Shown piece after piece: positions 39,739-50,261 of a DNA stretch of 64,000 bases. The first letter of the stretch is position 1. The number at the start of each line of letters is the position of its first letter. Made by a program: the position numbers and the translations under genes. The DNA is from Nitrososphaerales archaeon. Its GTDB lineage: Archaea > Thermoproteota > Nitrososphaeria > Nitrososphaerales > UBA213. The notes under the pieces were generated by a model. The model did no database searches, was not told the DNA's origin, and was given only the letters and a program-made list of their open reading frames with translations. The stretch covers positions 2,271 to 66,270 of the forward strand of contig CBDAOC010000014.1 of the NCBI GenBank assembly GCA_965197925.1, in the 5' to 3' direction.

Positions 39739-40611
39739 TTATAGTTCAATAACTGTAAAACTTATTTCCTCCCCAGACGCTTTGAAGTCTGAAAGGAAAG
39801 CCATTAACATCTCTGGATTAGGGAAAGTTGCTGGGTGAACTCGTTCAGGATATCTCGGATATTCTCCACAAAAACAAAAGTTATCTGTAGTTCTATCTTT
39901 AATAAACCCAATCAATCTATTATACAACATCCCATCCAAATTGTCAATTTGCAATTCCGATCCAGGTATTAATGTTCCGTCTTGTTGAAATGGGTTTAAC
40001 TCATCACCTCTAAATGTAGTTTTATACTCAACGTCCCACTTCCATCTGTCGCTATTTATGCCTGGAATCTTTGTAATTCTCTCAGCAATATCCTTTTGTA
40101 ATATACTTGCCCTGTCAGATAATTTATACTGTATCTGTGTAAATCTTCTATCGGCAGACATAACTAATGCTTCATCTAATACCATTACCTCAAATATCTG
40201 ACAAGTTGTCTGTCCTGATATAGGAGTAAATACAATGTTTAGATTTGATGCTGTTCTGCGAGATCCATCATCATTAACTCTGAATAATATATTCTGAAAA
40301 CCGTCAGAATCTATCCTAACATATCTGTTACTTGAATTGAGTATAGTATTGGGAAAATCAAAAGAAGGTATTAGAGTTCCGCTATTAAACGTAATAGCCA
40401 TACTATCTACATATAGAGTTTTCAAAAATATATGAGTAAATCCGCTATTGCGAACATCAATCATAATAGAGTTCAAGTCAGCAAAAGTATTATAGTCGTT
40501 ATCTGCTATATCTGGCAAAGCTACGCCTAATGAAGTCATATTGCGATCTGCTTCACGATAATTTATGGGATACTTCCAAAAAAATGTATTGTGTTTTATT
40601 TCTAACGGCAT
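39739..40611 (-). CDS. Distal tail protein (Dit)-like
   Basis: First gene after the tape measure; beta-rich. Confidence 0.45.
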   Translation of the reverse strand: MPLEIKHNTFFWKYPINYREADRNMTSLGVALPDIADNDYNTFADLNSIMIDVRNSGFTHIFLKTLYVDSMAITFNSGTLIPSFDFPNTILNSSNRYVRIDSDGFQNILFRVNDDGSRRTASNLNIVFTPISGQTTCQIFEVMVLDEALVMSADRRFTQIQYKLSDRASILQKDIAERITKIPGINSDRWKWDVEYKTTFRGDELNPFQQDGTLIPGSELQIDNLDGMLYNRLIGFIKDRTTDNFCFCGEYPRYPERVHPATFPNPEMLMAFLSDFKASGEEISFTVIEL

Positions 40612-40623
40612 ATTGATTCACCC

Positions 40624-40723
40624 CGCCCAGCGTCCCTGTGAGTGCCTCTCTACGCCTCTCAGACGCATGTTTGAGCCGCTTGTGGGTAAAACCACACAAA
40701 CGATTTTTACAGTGTTTTTCACG
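40624..40723 (-). repeat. ~100-bp dispersed element, copy B
   Basis: Matches 28325-28429 in the opposite orientation; adjacent GGCCC-N4-GGGCC at 40725-40738. Confidence 0.85.
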
Positions 40724-40745
40724 TGGCCCATTAGGGCCGAATTTG

Positions 40746-43700
40746 CTATCCACTGCGAGATGTTAGTCTTCTTTCATCTAACATTGCTTGTATTTCATAA
40801 TGAACTTCAGCAGCTACATCTTTTGAGTCCATGCTCACATAAACATTAACTATAGTATCACCTGATCCTGAACTTATATTACCAAGACTTCCTATTAGCT
40901 CATCAAACTTGCCCCTAAAGTTCTTATCAAAGTGACGTTGCTGATCTTCAGCTGATTGAGTTGCTTTAGATTTGATTATATCATATGCCATCTTCTCGCC
41001 ATGTTTACCAGCATACATATCATTCTTATAGCTGTCAAACACTCCGAAGTTTTTGCGTATAGTTTCACTAAAGTCTGATAATAATCCGTCAACACCTCTT
41101 CCGAGCATGTCAACTATTCCGCCTCCAATATCTTTTGACGCTCCGCCTAAGGCGTTACTAAAAGCACCTGGAGCTAATATGCTTGCTCCAGCCATAGCTA
41201 TCCCGCCTCCGCCTAAAGACCCTTTAAACATATTGAATAGACTTTCAATTTGAGATTTTGTTGCTAATGCAGATTGTGCAGTTTTCTGCATAGTCCCGAT
41301 CTGGAATAGTTGAGTTTCAGCCATAGCTGCCTGAACTCTTCTTTCGTTAGATATTCTTATCTCTGTTTCAATATAACTTTGAGCTATTATACGTAGACTT
41401 GATTTGATAAATGCCAATACAACTTCTTTAAAAGTGCTTTTCTGTTCAAATAGTAAGTCAAGAGTAGCCCCAATCATGTCGTTTGCAAACTTACGTTGAA
41501 GATTTGACATTTTCTTAAACTGCTTTTCATATTCCTTCTCTTTCTTATCACGTAGCTTTCTTATAGCATCCCAGCCTTTTTCATTAACCTTGTATTCCCA
41601 ATCTCTCAAATCCTCAGCATGTTTCTTGCCTTTTTCCGCTATATCTGCATCAATACTATCTTGCCGTGCATTTAGAGCTATCTCTTCTGCATGTATCTGT
41701 TCAACAGCATCCTTATGATCCTTTACACGAACTTGTTGATATGAGCGATAAGCTTGAACTTCAGCGAACCACAACTCTTGAGTTTTAGCGCTATACTCTT
41801 TGACTATAGCAAGTTTTTCTGCTTCTGTAAGAGTTGTGATATTATCAAGTCTATTTTGTAAATCACTTGCAAGACTTATTAGCTTTTGATTTCTTTGTTC
41901 AACATCTTTTATTCGCAAAGCTTCTTGGAATTGTTTTACAAATCCTCCTTGTTGATTCTTTAAAGCTCCAGCGATATTCTTACCAGTCTTGTCAAACCCA
42001 TAAGTCATCATATCTCGCTGATTCTCAAACATATACCTCAACATATTAGCAGGGCTATACTTCTCTTGAGCTTCCTTAAAGTCCTTGCTGAAGTCCTTTT
42101 GAGCGTCCTTTTGTATTGTTCTTATTCTCTTAAGATGCTCTTTAGTTCTATCTTCCTCCCATTTGTTTCTATCTTTGACTCCTTTTTCTCTTTCTTTACG
42201 GAAGTCAAGCATTATATCAATCTTATGTTTAGTATATTTTTTGTGAGATTCATAGTCATCATGGTAGTATTTCGTCAAAGATTTATTAAGGTCTTCAGCT
42301 ATATTCCTTATCTCCTCATAATACTTCTGATTTATAGCAAGTTTATCTGACTTAGATAAATCTTCCTGCTCCAGTTCCTTCTCTCTAATTTCCTGAGCAA
42401 GCCTTGCCATATTAACAGCAAGACCTCTCATTTGACCTGGCGAGTCAGATTTTTTGAATGCTCTATCAAGGTTTTGTATTTCATACTCTAAACTCTTTAT
42501 CTCATACTCAAGGTCTCTTGAGGATTGTGCTGCTGTATAGAACTTCTCTGCTATTCCAACAGAGTCTAACGCTGATTTTATTTTCATTAAATCAGATTCA
42601 TATGTTGTATATCTCTTGACTATACTTCTTGCAACTTTACCTTCCTCTACACCTGCATAATTTGCACGCATCCTTTCAAGTATGGATTCAAGTCTATTAG
42701 CTTCCTTTGTAAGAGTTTCAGTCCTTGTAGTAACTGCTGATCTTATTTTTTGTAAGTTACCAGACGTTATATTCTCAATAAAAAGTATCTGCTCAGCTGC
42801 AATAGCTGCAAAATCTTTTCCAGTTCGTGAAAACTCTTGCCCAGCTCTTTTAACTTCGTCAAGTTGGTCTTCAAGGCTTGTTTTTATTTGCTTTAGAGTC
42901 TGCTCAACAAGTATATTTTTATTGATATCTCCTATAACATCTTCAATATCCTCAAGTGCATTCTTAGCTTCCTTTGTAGAAGTTTGCATATTAGCAAATG
43001 CAATACCTAATCCTATCACTGCAGAAGCGGCTATACCTATTATCCCAGCACCTCTTAATAGAGTAATGCTAAGCGCTCTTGCACTCATTTGAGCTGCGTC
43101 AAGAGCTTTCCCAGCTGCTTGAGCTGCAACTGCTCCAGCAGTAAGATTTTTGATATAGTTTGTTACTATATTTAAACCAAGTTTGACATGCCAGATAGTT
43201 ATCAATGCTATAGCTGCAGTTATAGCTCCACTAAATAATGTAAATACGTTAGCAAGACCTATAATAACACCTATTGCAGATTTTACCCAAGTAGGCATTG
43301 ATCTTATTATATTAAGCCACCCTTTCATAGCGTCTGTAATTATCATAACTACAGGAAGCAAGCCCTTACCTATTTCAGCTTTCATTACTTCAAACTGATC
43401 TGTAAGTAGTTCTATTTGTGCTGAGTATGTTGACATATCAGCACCTTGAGAATACTTATGTAAAGTTGTTAATACTTCAATAAGACCTCTTGCCTTTTCA
43501 ACTCCTATACTATCAAGATGCTGTCTAAATGTCTCAATATCACGTATTACGACACCGAATGTTTGAGTCGCTCTTGCCCAAAATGTTGGGACCTCTTCAA
43601 GTATAGGTCTTAAATCCTGAAGAACAAGTTTATTACCAGCTATTGCCTGCGATATCTGTCTTAATACTCTTTCAGCTTCAGCAGTCCCCTTGCCAAGTTG

Positions 43701-46082
43701 AGCAATTGATTTAGTTACTCCAGTAATGATTATATCTACTTCTTTTGCTGAAACTCCAGCTGCGCGAAGTTGAGAGTTGTATTTTATTATGGCTTGAGTG
43801 CTAATACCAACTAAATCTATACCTATCTGTATAAGATGACTTAACCTCCTGTCTCCAGCAGCTGCAGAAGCCTCAGTAGCTCTTACCGTCCGCTCAAACT
43901 TCTCCATTTCTCCAGCAGCTTCAATAATACTTGCAGTCATTCTCCTGATTACACGAGCTGTAGCATCTACGCCAAACTCAAGGTCATGTAATATATTTGT
44001 ATATGTAAAGTATTGGACATTTACTCTGGAAAGGTCTTTGACAAGCTTGCTAAATGTATCAGACTGCTGTTTATTTACTTTTTCAAGTCTTTGAGTTTCA
44101 GCACGAGCTCTTTTTGAAGACTGTCTAAGCTGATCCATCATTGCAGACATTTCTTTAGTGCTTGCTCCAGCTTCACGAGCAGCATTAGCATATCTACGCA
44201 TAGCAATTGCTAATTGTTTCTGATCTGCAATAGCTTTCCCGCCAAACTTAGCTTGATACTGAACAGATAACTTTACTCTCTCAAGTCTTTTCTTTTGAGC
44301 ATCAGCAAGCTGTTTTTCTGTTCCTAAAAGACTTTTATTTTCATCAGACAACTTGCTTATAAGAGAAATTAACTTCTGGACATTTCCAGACTTAACAAGC
44401 TTAGTAATATAATCATCTGATTTAATCATTCCTCTATCATTAAACTTAGCGTCTTTGAATAAAGCTCCTTGAGTATGCTGTTGCCCTCCCATTTTATCTA
44501 TTCTTGATACAGTAGCTCTATACTTCAGAATAATTTGATTTAGTTTTTCTTCAGCTCTTCTAATACGATCTATATTCTTTATTCTTGCCAAAGTTCTTTT
44601 ATCGTTAATATCACGAGCTTTTACAGCAATTTTATTGTCTTGATCTATTTGCTTATTATACGCTTCAAGTTCAGCCTTTCTTTCACGCTCTATAGTTTTT
44701 AATTTATCACGGACTTGCTTATCATTTGAATCTCTTGCAGAAAGAAACCTCTTATTCTGATCCTCTATAACTTGATCTGAATACTTTTGTTCAGCCTTTC
44801 TTTCACGCTCTATAGTTTTTAATTTATCACGGACTTGCTTATCATTTGAATCTCTTGCAGAAAGAAACCTCTTATTCTGATCCTCTATAACTTGATCTGA
44901 ATACTTTTGTTCAGCCTTTATTCTTTTTTGTATATTCTTTAATTTATCACGAACTGTCTTATCATTTGAATCTCTTGCAGAAAGAAACCTCTTATTCTGA
45001 TCCTCTATAACTTGATCTGAATACTTTTTATTAGCTGCATTTAGGGTTTCTTCTGCTTTTATCCTCGCTCTTATACCTTTTATAGCAAGCTTATTATCTG
45101 CTTGTCTTTTAGCATTTCTCTGTTTTTCAATTGCAGCATTAGCTTTTAGTATTGCTTGCTCTTCTTTAGCCTCCTCGTTAATTTGCCTTCTTATATGAAG
45201 CAAAGTCTGCATTTCAGACTGTAATAGCCCCATAGCACCCTGAATTTGCTTTGGATCTCCTGAAGACATAGCGCCAGTGACCTGGGGCATGATTTCAGAA
45301 CCAATTTTCTTATCAATGTCATATCTATGAGCTGTGCCAAGCTTTGATTTTATTGATGTAAGTATGTTGTCATAATCTCGCATCAACCGCAGAAGCCTAT
45401 CTATATCATCAGTGCTTTTCTTAGCTCCAGTTTGTTGAGCTTTATGCTGTTCAGTAACCTCCTCTTTAACTTTCTTAATAACTGCTTTCTTTGCTTTTTC
45501 AGCATCAGATTGTTTATTAGTTACCTCTATTTGATCCTTTCCTTGACTTAAAGCTTCTTTTCCAGCTTCAGTCAAAGCTTTCATAGAATCAGTTTGTTGT
45601 TTTTGATATTGGACTAATCCCTTACTTGCTGCAGCCCAGCCTCCAATACTTTTAATCATTACCTGAGATGCATCACCAGTTCTTTCAAGACCTCTTTCTG
45701 CAATCTTTATAGCAGTGTTCATCTCATCAAAAGTTCGGGTAACGTTAAATTCAAGAGTTTTACCAAGCTTTTCTGCGTCAACTTGTCCACCACTCAGCGC
45801 TTCTCTGATTTTCTTCCCAACTACTGAAGATTCAATTGAAACTTGTTTATACACCTCGCTAAGCCTCTCTGCTTCAGCTTGATTGAGGTTTATAGAGCGT
45901 GTTAATTCCTTAAACCCTTTAATAGTTACATCTAAAGCGTGCTGAACGTCATACTTGTTAGTCTTGCTAAAACCTTCAGCATACCTATTAGCTTCTGTTA
46001 AGCCTTTAATAAGCTTATCTAACACAGCGCTAAATAGATCATCAGCTTCTATGTCAAATTGAATCTTGTCGCCTGCTGGCAT
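40746..46082 (-). CDS. Tape measure protein
   Basis: 1778-aa helical protein; tape-measure motif RVLRQISQAIAGNKLVLQDLRPILEEVP; hydrophobic central segments; follows the tail chaperones. Confidence 0.9.
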   Translation of the reverse strand: MPAGDKIQFDIEADDLFSAVLDKLIKGLTEANRYAEGFSKTNKYDVQHALDVTIKGFKELTRSINLNQAEAERLSEVYKQVSIESSVVGKKIREALSGGQVDAEKLGKTLEFNVTRTFDEMNTAIKIAERGLERTGDASQVMIKSIGGWAAASKGLVQYQKQQTDSMKALTEAGKEALSQGKDQIEVTNKQSDAEKAKKAVIKKVKEEVTEQHKAQQTGAKKSTDDIDRLLRLMRDYDNILTSIKSKLGTAHRYDIDKKIGSEIMPQVTGAMSSGDPKQIQGAMGLLQSEMQTLLHIRRQINEEAKEEQAILKANAAIEKQRNAKRQADNKLAIKGIRARIKAEETLNAANKKYSDQVIEDQNKRFLSARDSNDKTVRDKLKNIQKRIKAEQKYSDQVIEDQNKRFLSARDSNDKQVRDKLKTIERERKAEQKYSDQVIEDQNKRFLSARDSNDKQVRDKLKTIERERKAELEAYNKQIDQDNKIAVKARDINDKRTLARIKNIDRIRRAEEKLNQIILKYRATVSRIDKMGGQQHTQGALFKDAKFNDRGMIKSDDYITKLVKSGNVQKLISLISKLSDENKSLLGTEKQLADAQKKRLERVKLSVQYQAKFGGKAIADQKQLAIAMRRYANAAREAGASTKEMSAMMDQLRQSSKRARAETQRLEKVNKQQSDTFSKLVKDLSRVNVQYFTYTNILHDLEFGVDATARVIRRMTASIIEAAGEMEKFERTVRATEASAAAGDRRLSHLIQIGIDLVGISTQAIIKYNSQLRAAGVSAKEVDIIITGVTKSIAQLGKGTAEAERVLRQISQAIAGNKLVLQDLRPILEEVPTFWARATQTFGVVIRDIETFRQHLDSIGVEKARGLIEVLTTLHKYSQGADMSTYSAQIELLTDQFEVMKAEIGKGLLPVVMIITDAMKGWLNIIRSMPTWVKSAIGVIIGLANVFTLFSGAITAAIALITIWHVKLGLNIVTNYIKNLTAGAVAAQAAGKALDAAQMSARALSITLLRGAGIIGIAASAVIGLGIAFANMQTSTKEAKNALEDIEDVIGDINKNILVEQTLKQIKTSLEDQLDEVKRAGQEFSRTGKDFAAIAAEQILFIENITSGNLQKIRSAVTTRTETLTKEANRLESILERMRANYAGVEEGKVARSIVKRYTTYESDLMKIKSALDSVGIAEKFYTAAQSSRDLEYEIKSLEYEIQNLDRAFKKSDSPGQMRGLAVNMARLAQEIREKELEQEDLSKSDKLAINQKYYEEIRNIAEDLNKSLTKYYHDDYESHKKYTKHKIDIMLDFRKEREKGVKDRNKWEEDRTKEHLKRIRTIQKDAQKDFSKDFKEAQEKYSPANMLRYMFENQRDMMTYGFDKTGKNIAGALKNQQGGFVKQFQEALRIKDVEQRNQKLISLASDLQNRLDNITTLTEAEKLAIVKEYSAKTQELWFAEVQAYRSYQQVRVKDHKDAVEQIHAEEIALNARQDSIDADIAEKGKKHAEDLRDWEYKVNEKGWDAIRKLRDKKEKEYEKQFKKMSNLQRKFANDMIGATLDLLFEQKSTFKEVVLAFIKSSLRIIAQSYIETEIRISNERRVQAAMAETQLFQIGTMQKTAQSALATKSQIESLFNMFKGSLGGGGIAMAGASILAPGAFSNALGGASKDIGGGIVDMLGRGVDGLLSDFSETIRKNFGVFDSYKNDMYAGKHGEKMAYDIIKSKATQSAEDQQRHFDKNFRGKFDELIGSLGNISSGSGDTIVNVYVSMDSKDVAAEVHYEIQAMLDERRLTSRSG
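44670..45028 (-). repeat. 120-bp (40-aa) tandem repeat x3 within tape measure
   Basis: KYSDQVIEDQNKRFLSARDSNDK repeated three times with near-identical DNA. Confidence 0.9.
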
Positions 46083-46109
46083 TAAATATCACCGCCTTTG
46101 ATTCATATA

Positions 46110-46356
46110 TTAAGTATTAATAGAAGATTGTAATTCTTCTTCTGCTTTACGTTTATCTTCATCAATTTTATCAAGTCTATTTTGTTCCTTCTGTGCTACT
46201 AATCCAACATGGAGGTTGATTGCTATGCGAGAATGCCAACAATCAACCTCTGCTGCTATTTCATCAGCTGGAGCAATTTTATATCTGCGGCAATACCAAT
46301 CAAGCATCATCACCTGTTCCAGATTCTCCTTCTCCTCCAACCAAATCAGGAAAAGA
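46110..46356 (-). CDS. Tail assembly chaperone frameshift extension (gpT-like)
   Basis: +1 frame overlapping the end of the chaperone, upstream of the tape measure; lacks a clear own start/RBS. Confidence 0.6.
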
Positions 46357-46854
46357 GTCCACAGAGTCGCCAGACCCCATGACCCCTTTAGTTCCAAAAT
46401 TAAAGATATCGTCTTTTATTCCCTCATCAAGATCATCAACGTCTTCAATTTCAAAATCTTCAGGAAATACAATAGTCATAAATACTGCTTTATTTATCTG
46501 ATCTACCATATCAGATAAAGCATCTTCATCATCAGCCAAAGTTTCTTCTAATTCACTTCTTATTGATTCTTCTTCCTCACCCTCAACAAGCTTTCTTCTT
46601 GCTGATACGCTTGTTTTACCGAATAGACTTCCAAATATCTCTGCAGTCTCTGTAGGAAGAAGTCGTTTCAGGACAAAATCAAACTCCTCACCGTCTTCTG
46701 TCAATACAGTATACACAAAAAGAGCTCTTTTCTTAACAATAGACTTAGTTTGAGCTTTTGTTGGTATATTTAGTTTCCTCTTGACATCCTTATGAGGTTG
46801 AATTACGACAGTGTCTTTTCCACTCTCTTCAAGCTTGGTTATCTTGGACTGCAT
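46300..46854 (-). CDS. Tail assembly chaperone (gpG-like)
   Basis: Acidic protein between tail genes and tape measure; start set at MQSK after AAGGGG. Confidence 0.65.
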   Translation of the reverse strand: MQSKITKLEESGKDTVVIQPHKDVKRKLNIPTKAQTKSIVKKRALFVYTVLTEDGEEFDFVLKRLLPTETAEIFGSLFGKTSVSARRKLVEGEEEESIRSELEETLADDEDALSDMVDQINKAVFMTIVFPEDFEIEDVDDLDEGIKDDIFNFGTKGVMGSGDSVDSFPDLVGGEGESGTGDDA

Positions 46855-47662
46855 ATTGACCCCTTTCTTTTTGTTGAAAAAACTCAACTATAAATATGAA
46901 GTCTGTGATATATTTATCTCTCACAGCACCTAAATTATTAGAACGCTTAATATAAGCGTTCTGTGATCTACTTTTAACCTTCTCAAATCCAGCACGATTA
47001 GAAATAACCGTCATCTCTTGACCATCTGTTGTTATAGTTTGCCCTGCGTAAGTCCTAAACATTTGAGGATCTAACAGATAATCAAGTGCGTCTCTTATCT
47101 TAGAAGACCTGACAGCATTTGACTCAAGGAATCTATAAGGAGAATGAGCTCTTCCCATAACAAGCCGTATGATTATCATTATAGCTTGATTAGAAGCATT
47201 AACATCAGCGCTTTCGCCTTCCTCCATCAGCTCATCAGCTCCAAAATCTATCAATAATGCTGGAGGTTCTATAGTCGCCTCATTATCATATGGGTTATTC
47301 TCAATGTTTAGTATGTTTACATCAGCAATCTTTACAGCATTCATTATTCTTGCATTCTGCAAAGCTTCTATATCCAATTCACCCATCATTATATCTTGTG
47401 TATAGTCAACTGTGCCTCCGTCTTGCCCATAACCGTCAGAATACCCATCATCTCCACTTTCTAATATCAGACGATCTTTATTTATTCTTTTATTGCCTGC
47501 AATTTCAAGCATATCGGCATATTGAGAAGGAGGAAAAGTTTCTGCAAAAATAGTTGGATCTCTATCACCTTTTTTCATATTAGAATTGATAAAATATGGA
47601 TTCATCAATTTCAAGCATTGTCCAAAAGTTCTTGCAAAGATATGAGTTCTGATGTCTAACAT
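46829..47662 (-). CDS. Tail completion/terminator-like protein
   Basis: Position in the neck/tail cluster. Confidence 0.4.
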   Translation of the reverse strand: MLDIRTHIFARTFGQCLKLMNPYFINSNMKKGDRDPTIFAETFPPSQYADMLEIAGNKRINKDRLILESGDDGYSDGYGQDGGTVDYTQDIMMGELDIEALQNARIMNAVKIADVNILNIENNPYDNEATIEPPALLIDFGADELMEEGESADVNASNQAIMIIIRLVMGRAHSPYRFLESNAVRSSKIRDALDYLLDPQMFRTYAGQTITTDGQEMTVISNRAGFEKVKSRSQNAYIKRSNNLGAVRDKYITDFIFIVEFFQQKERGQYAVQDNQA

Positions 47663-47663
47663 T

Positions 47664-48212
47664 CTAACCTCTTCTAAACGTCAATGTTCCTGTTCTTGAT
47701 TTAGAGTATGAAGTTTGGACTCCAACGTGAGATGCTTGTTTTTTACCTTGTTTTATTACACGCTGCACATGCCTTCTGAATACCTTATTATACTGGTTTC
47801 TTAACCCTTTGTCAAGTGTCAATCCGCCAACAACTGGGCGAGCAGGAAGGTTTGTAGAAGATACACCAGTCTCGTGAAGACTTGCGTAATGCACACCTGA
47901 TTTTAATGAGAATGACTTTGGACCTATCTGTAATACGTGGCTTGGATGAGATGAAATTGTATACGAGTCTCTTAGTTCTCCAGTTCTTTCAAGTATACCT
48001 GCACCTGGAAAATGGATATTCTTATAGTGAGCATAAACTTCATTGAGGGCAGCCCAAGGTGGCCTGCCCTCAACTTCAAACATTTTATCAAGGTCTCTTA
48101 ATACTTTAGGATAAATATAATCCTCATAGAAGTCTCTCAAATCCGATAACTTCTCATTAACGTATACTATAGTCGCTATTGGAGCATCTAAAGATATATT
48201 TAGTTTAAGCAT
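47664..48212 (-). CDS. Virion morphogenesis / tail completion protein
   Basis: WAALN..Y...K...ILERTGELRDS...YASLHETG...LPARP. Confidence 0.75.
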   Translation of the reverse strand: MLKLNISLDAPIATIVYVNEKLSDLRDFYEDYIYPKVLRDLDKMFEVEGRPPWAALNEVYAHYKNIHFPGAGILERTGELRDSYTISSHPSHVLQIGPKSFSLKSGVHYASLHETGVSSTNLPARPVVGGLTLDKGLRNQYNKVFRRHVQRVIKQGKKQASHVGVQTSYSKSRTGTLTFRRG

Positions 48213-48220
48213 TAATACAC

Positions 48221-49876
48221 CTATGCAGCTAAGTTTACTACTGGTGAATACGCACTATAGTCACATACAATTCGGAGATCATCTGGAATCGCAAGTCCAA
48301 TACCAGAAACAAATGATTTCATAGATAAAGGCTGGACAAGGAGTCCTTCTGGAGTTTCAATCTCTGGCAAAACTGTAAGCTGTGCGTTCTTGAGAATGAA
48401 TGATTTTCTCCATGCCATTCCTCCGAATGGATAGTGATTAATGTTAATAGCAGCAGCATACGATGAGTTATTCTTGAATATTCTGGAATAGTCATTCTCA
48501 GGAGTTGCTATAGCTTCAGAAGTTATAGTAACATTTCTACGTTGCCTATAAGGCTTTACATCTTCCCAAGGCACTCCAGTAACTGCTCCAGTATTATCAA
48601 AGTTTTGATTGCAGCTGAACGTTGCAGTTCTTACTGGGGCCCTAACTCCGCCAACAATTATATTTCCTATAAGACTTCCGCCAAGTATAAGCTCCGCCTG
48701 CCAACCAGTCATAATCTCTGTTGACGCAGCCACAAGGTTTGATGCATCTGTTTTAATTGCTGACGCTTTATCTCTACCATTCAAATCCCTATACAAGAAT
48801 CCTCTACGACCTTTAAGTGGGACTGTATATTGAATTGCTGTGTTTCCTCTTGAGAACTCAAAGTCCAATCCAGTAGCAAGTACCCCAGTATAGACGTTCA
48901 AGATAGTTCCTTTTGCGACTTCCATTATCCAGAATCTTCTCAGCAGATTATCTTGTGAAGTAAACGTGACGACTTCAGCTGTATCTAAAATAGTAACTGT
49001 AATCTGACCAGCAGAAAATCCTCTACTTTTTATAGATGTAATAGTCTTATAGTGAACATCAGTATAGAATGTAGTAGTTCCGCCAGTTTTAAAGAAGAAC
49101 TCTTCTTTTAGAGTGGTATAAGACTCAGGCCCATACCCACTAAGACATGTTCCTTCAACTTCAATAACTCCAGTCCCTCCAGCTGCTACCGCAGCGTTAG
49201 CATCAAAGGTAATAAGAACTCGTGTTGGATTAACTGGAGAAGCACCTGCAGTAATAATTGTATGATTAACTTCAGCAGTTGTCCCTAAAGTAGCTTGCGC
49301 TACAAGAGGAGAAGCTGCAGTTGCTATAGCTCCAGACCCTACTCCAATTCCAGTTCTTTTAACATGATCAGGATTTAGCGACTGCATCAAATTAGCAAAA
49401 ATAGTCTCATCACCATCAGCAGATGCAGAGAATAGTGTGCTTCCAATGACATCGGTTTCGCCAGCAGCATCTTTAGTATCTCCAGCATTACCTACAAAAT
49501 AAGGGACTGGAATAGTCTCTCCGCTATCCATTATATTGAAATCAACACCGAGAGGCTGAACTGCATGAAAACCTTCTACAATAGTTCCTTCATTTACTGC
49601 TTTTTTAGCTACTCCAAGAAAAGGCCCAGCAGAACCAATTTGGGCAAATCCGTCAAGAAGTCTTCCAAAGTCTCCATTCTGTGTTGCGGCTACAGTTCTT
49701 GCTCCGCCTTCAGACGCAGCCAAGTCTGTTAATCCTCCAAGATAATAATATCCATCTTGAGGGATACCAGGCGCAGGTGTTCTTATATCATTTGTTTCAG
49801 CTATAAGCATCTGACTAATAAAACCTGTAGATGGATTTATCTCACTTATAGGTTTCAGATTTAAAGGTATCGGCAT
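48221..49876 (-). CDS. Major tail tube protein with inserted domain
   Basis: G/A/T-rich structural protein with tube-like C-terminal half; start set at MPIP after AAGGAG. Confidence 0.6.
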   Translation of the reverse strand: MPIPLNLKPISEINPSTGFISQMLIAETNDIRTPAPGIPQDGYYYLGGLTDLAASEGGARTVAATQNGDFGRLLDGFAQIGSAGPFLGVAKKAVNEGTIVEGFHAVQPLGVDFNIMDSGETIPVPYFVGNAGDTKDAAGETDVIGSTLFSASADGDETIFANLMQSLNPDHVKRTGIGVGSGAIATAASPLVAQATLGTTAEVNHTIITAGASPVNPTRVLITFDANAAVAAGGTGVIEVEGTCLSGYGPESYTTLKEEFFFKTGGTTTFYTDVHYKTITSIKSRGFSAGQITVTILDTAEVVTFTSQDNLLRRFWIMEVAKGTILNVYTGVLATGLDFEFSRGNTAIQYTVPLKGRRGFLYRDLNGRDKASAIKTDASNLVAASTEIMTGWQAELILGGSLIGNIIVGGVRAPVRTATFSCNQNFDNTGAVTGVPWEDVKPYRQRRNVTITSEAIATPENDYSRIFKNNSSYAAAININHYPFGGMAWRKSFILKNAQLTVLPEIETPEGLLVQPLSMKSFVSGIGLAIPDDLRIVCDYSAYSPVVNLAA

Positions 49877-49886
49877 TTTGTCTCCT

Positions 49887-50261
49887 TTATAGCTCCACAC
49901 AATTAAGTCGTGTTAGATAGACTCCGATACCAACAGACTTTACATTCAAAACTCTATCTTTCATTGTAAGAATATAGTTATCAAGATCATCTCCACTACT
50001 TGGTCTTCCCAAAACTACCTGATCTCCGCTCAATATGTAATGCGGAGATATAATCTTACCTTTGACATTTATGGCATACTGTTCTTCTGATACATTGATA
50101 CCTGAATCAAAACGAGTAGAGTGAGTTTGATATATTCTTCGCGAAACTATCCCATAAAGAGTTTGATACAATATAATAAAACCAAACTCTGTGCTTTGAT
50201 CTATTCTGCGAACAGCTACAATCTCTTCTCGTTCTTTGAGGTATCCAACTCTTTCAAGCAT
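49887..50261 (-). CDS. Head closure protein (putative)
   Basis: Size and position after the adaptor. Confidence 0.4.
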   Translation of the reverse strand: MLERVGYLKEREEIVAVRRIDQSTEFGFIILYQTLYGIVSRRIYQTHSTRFDSGINVSEEQYAINVKGKIISPHYILSGDQVVLGRPSSGDDLDNYILTMKDRVLNVKSVGIGVYLTRLNCVEL

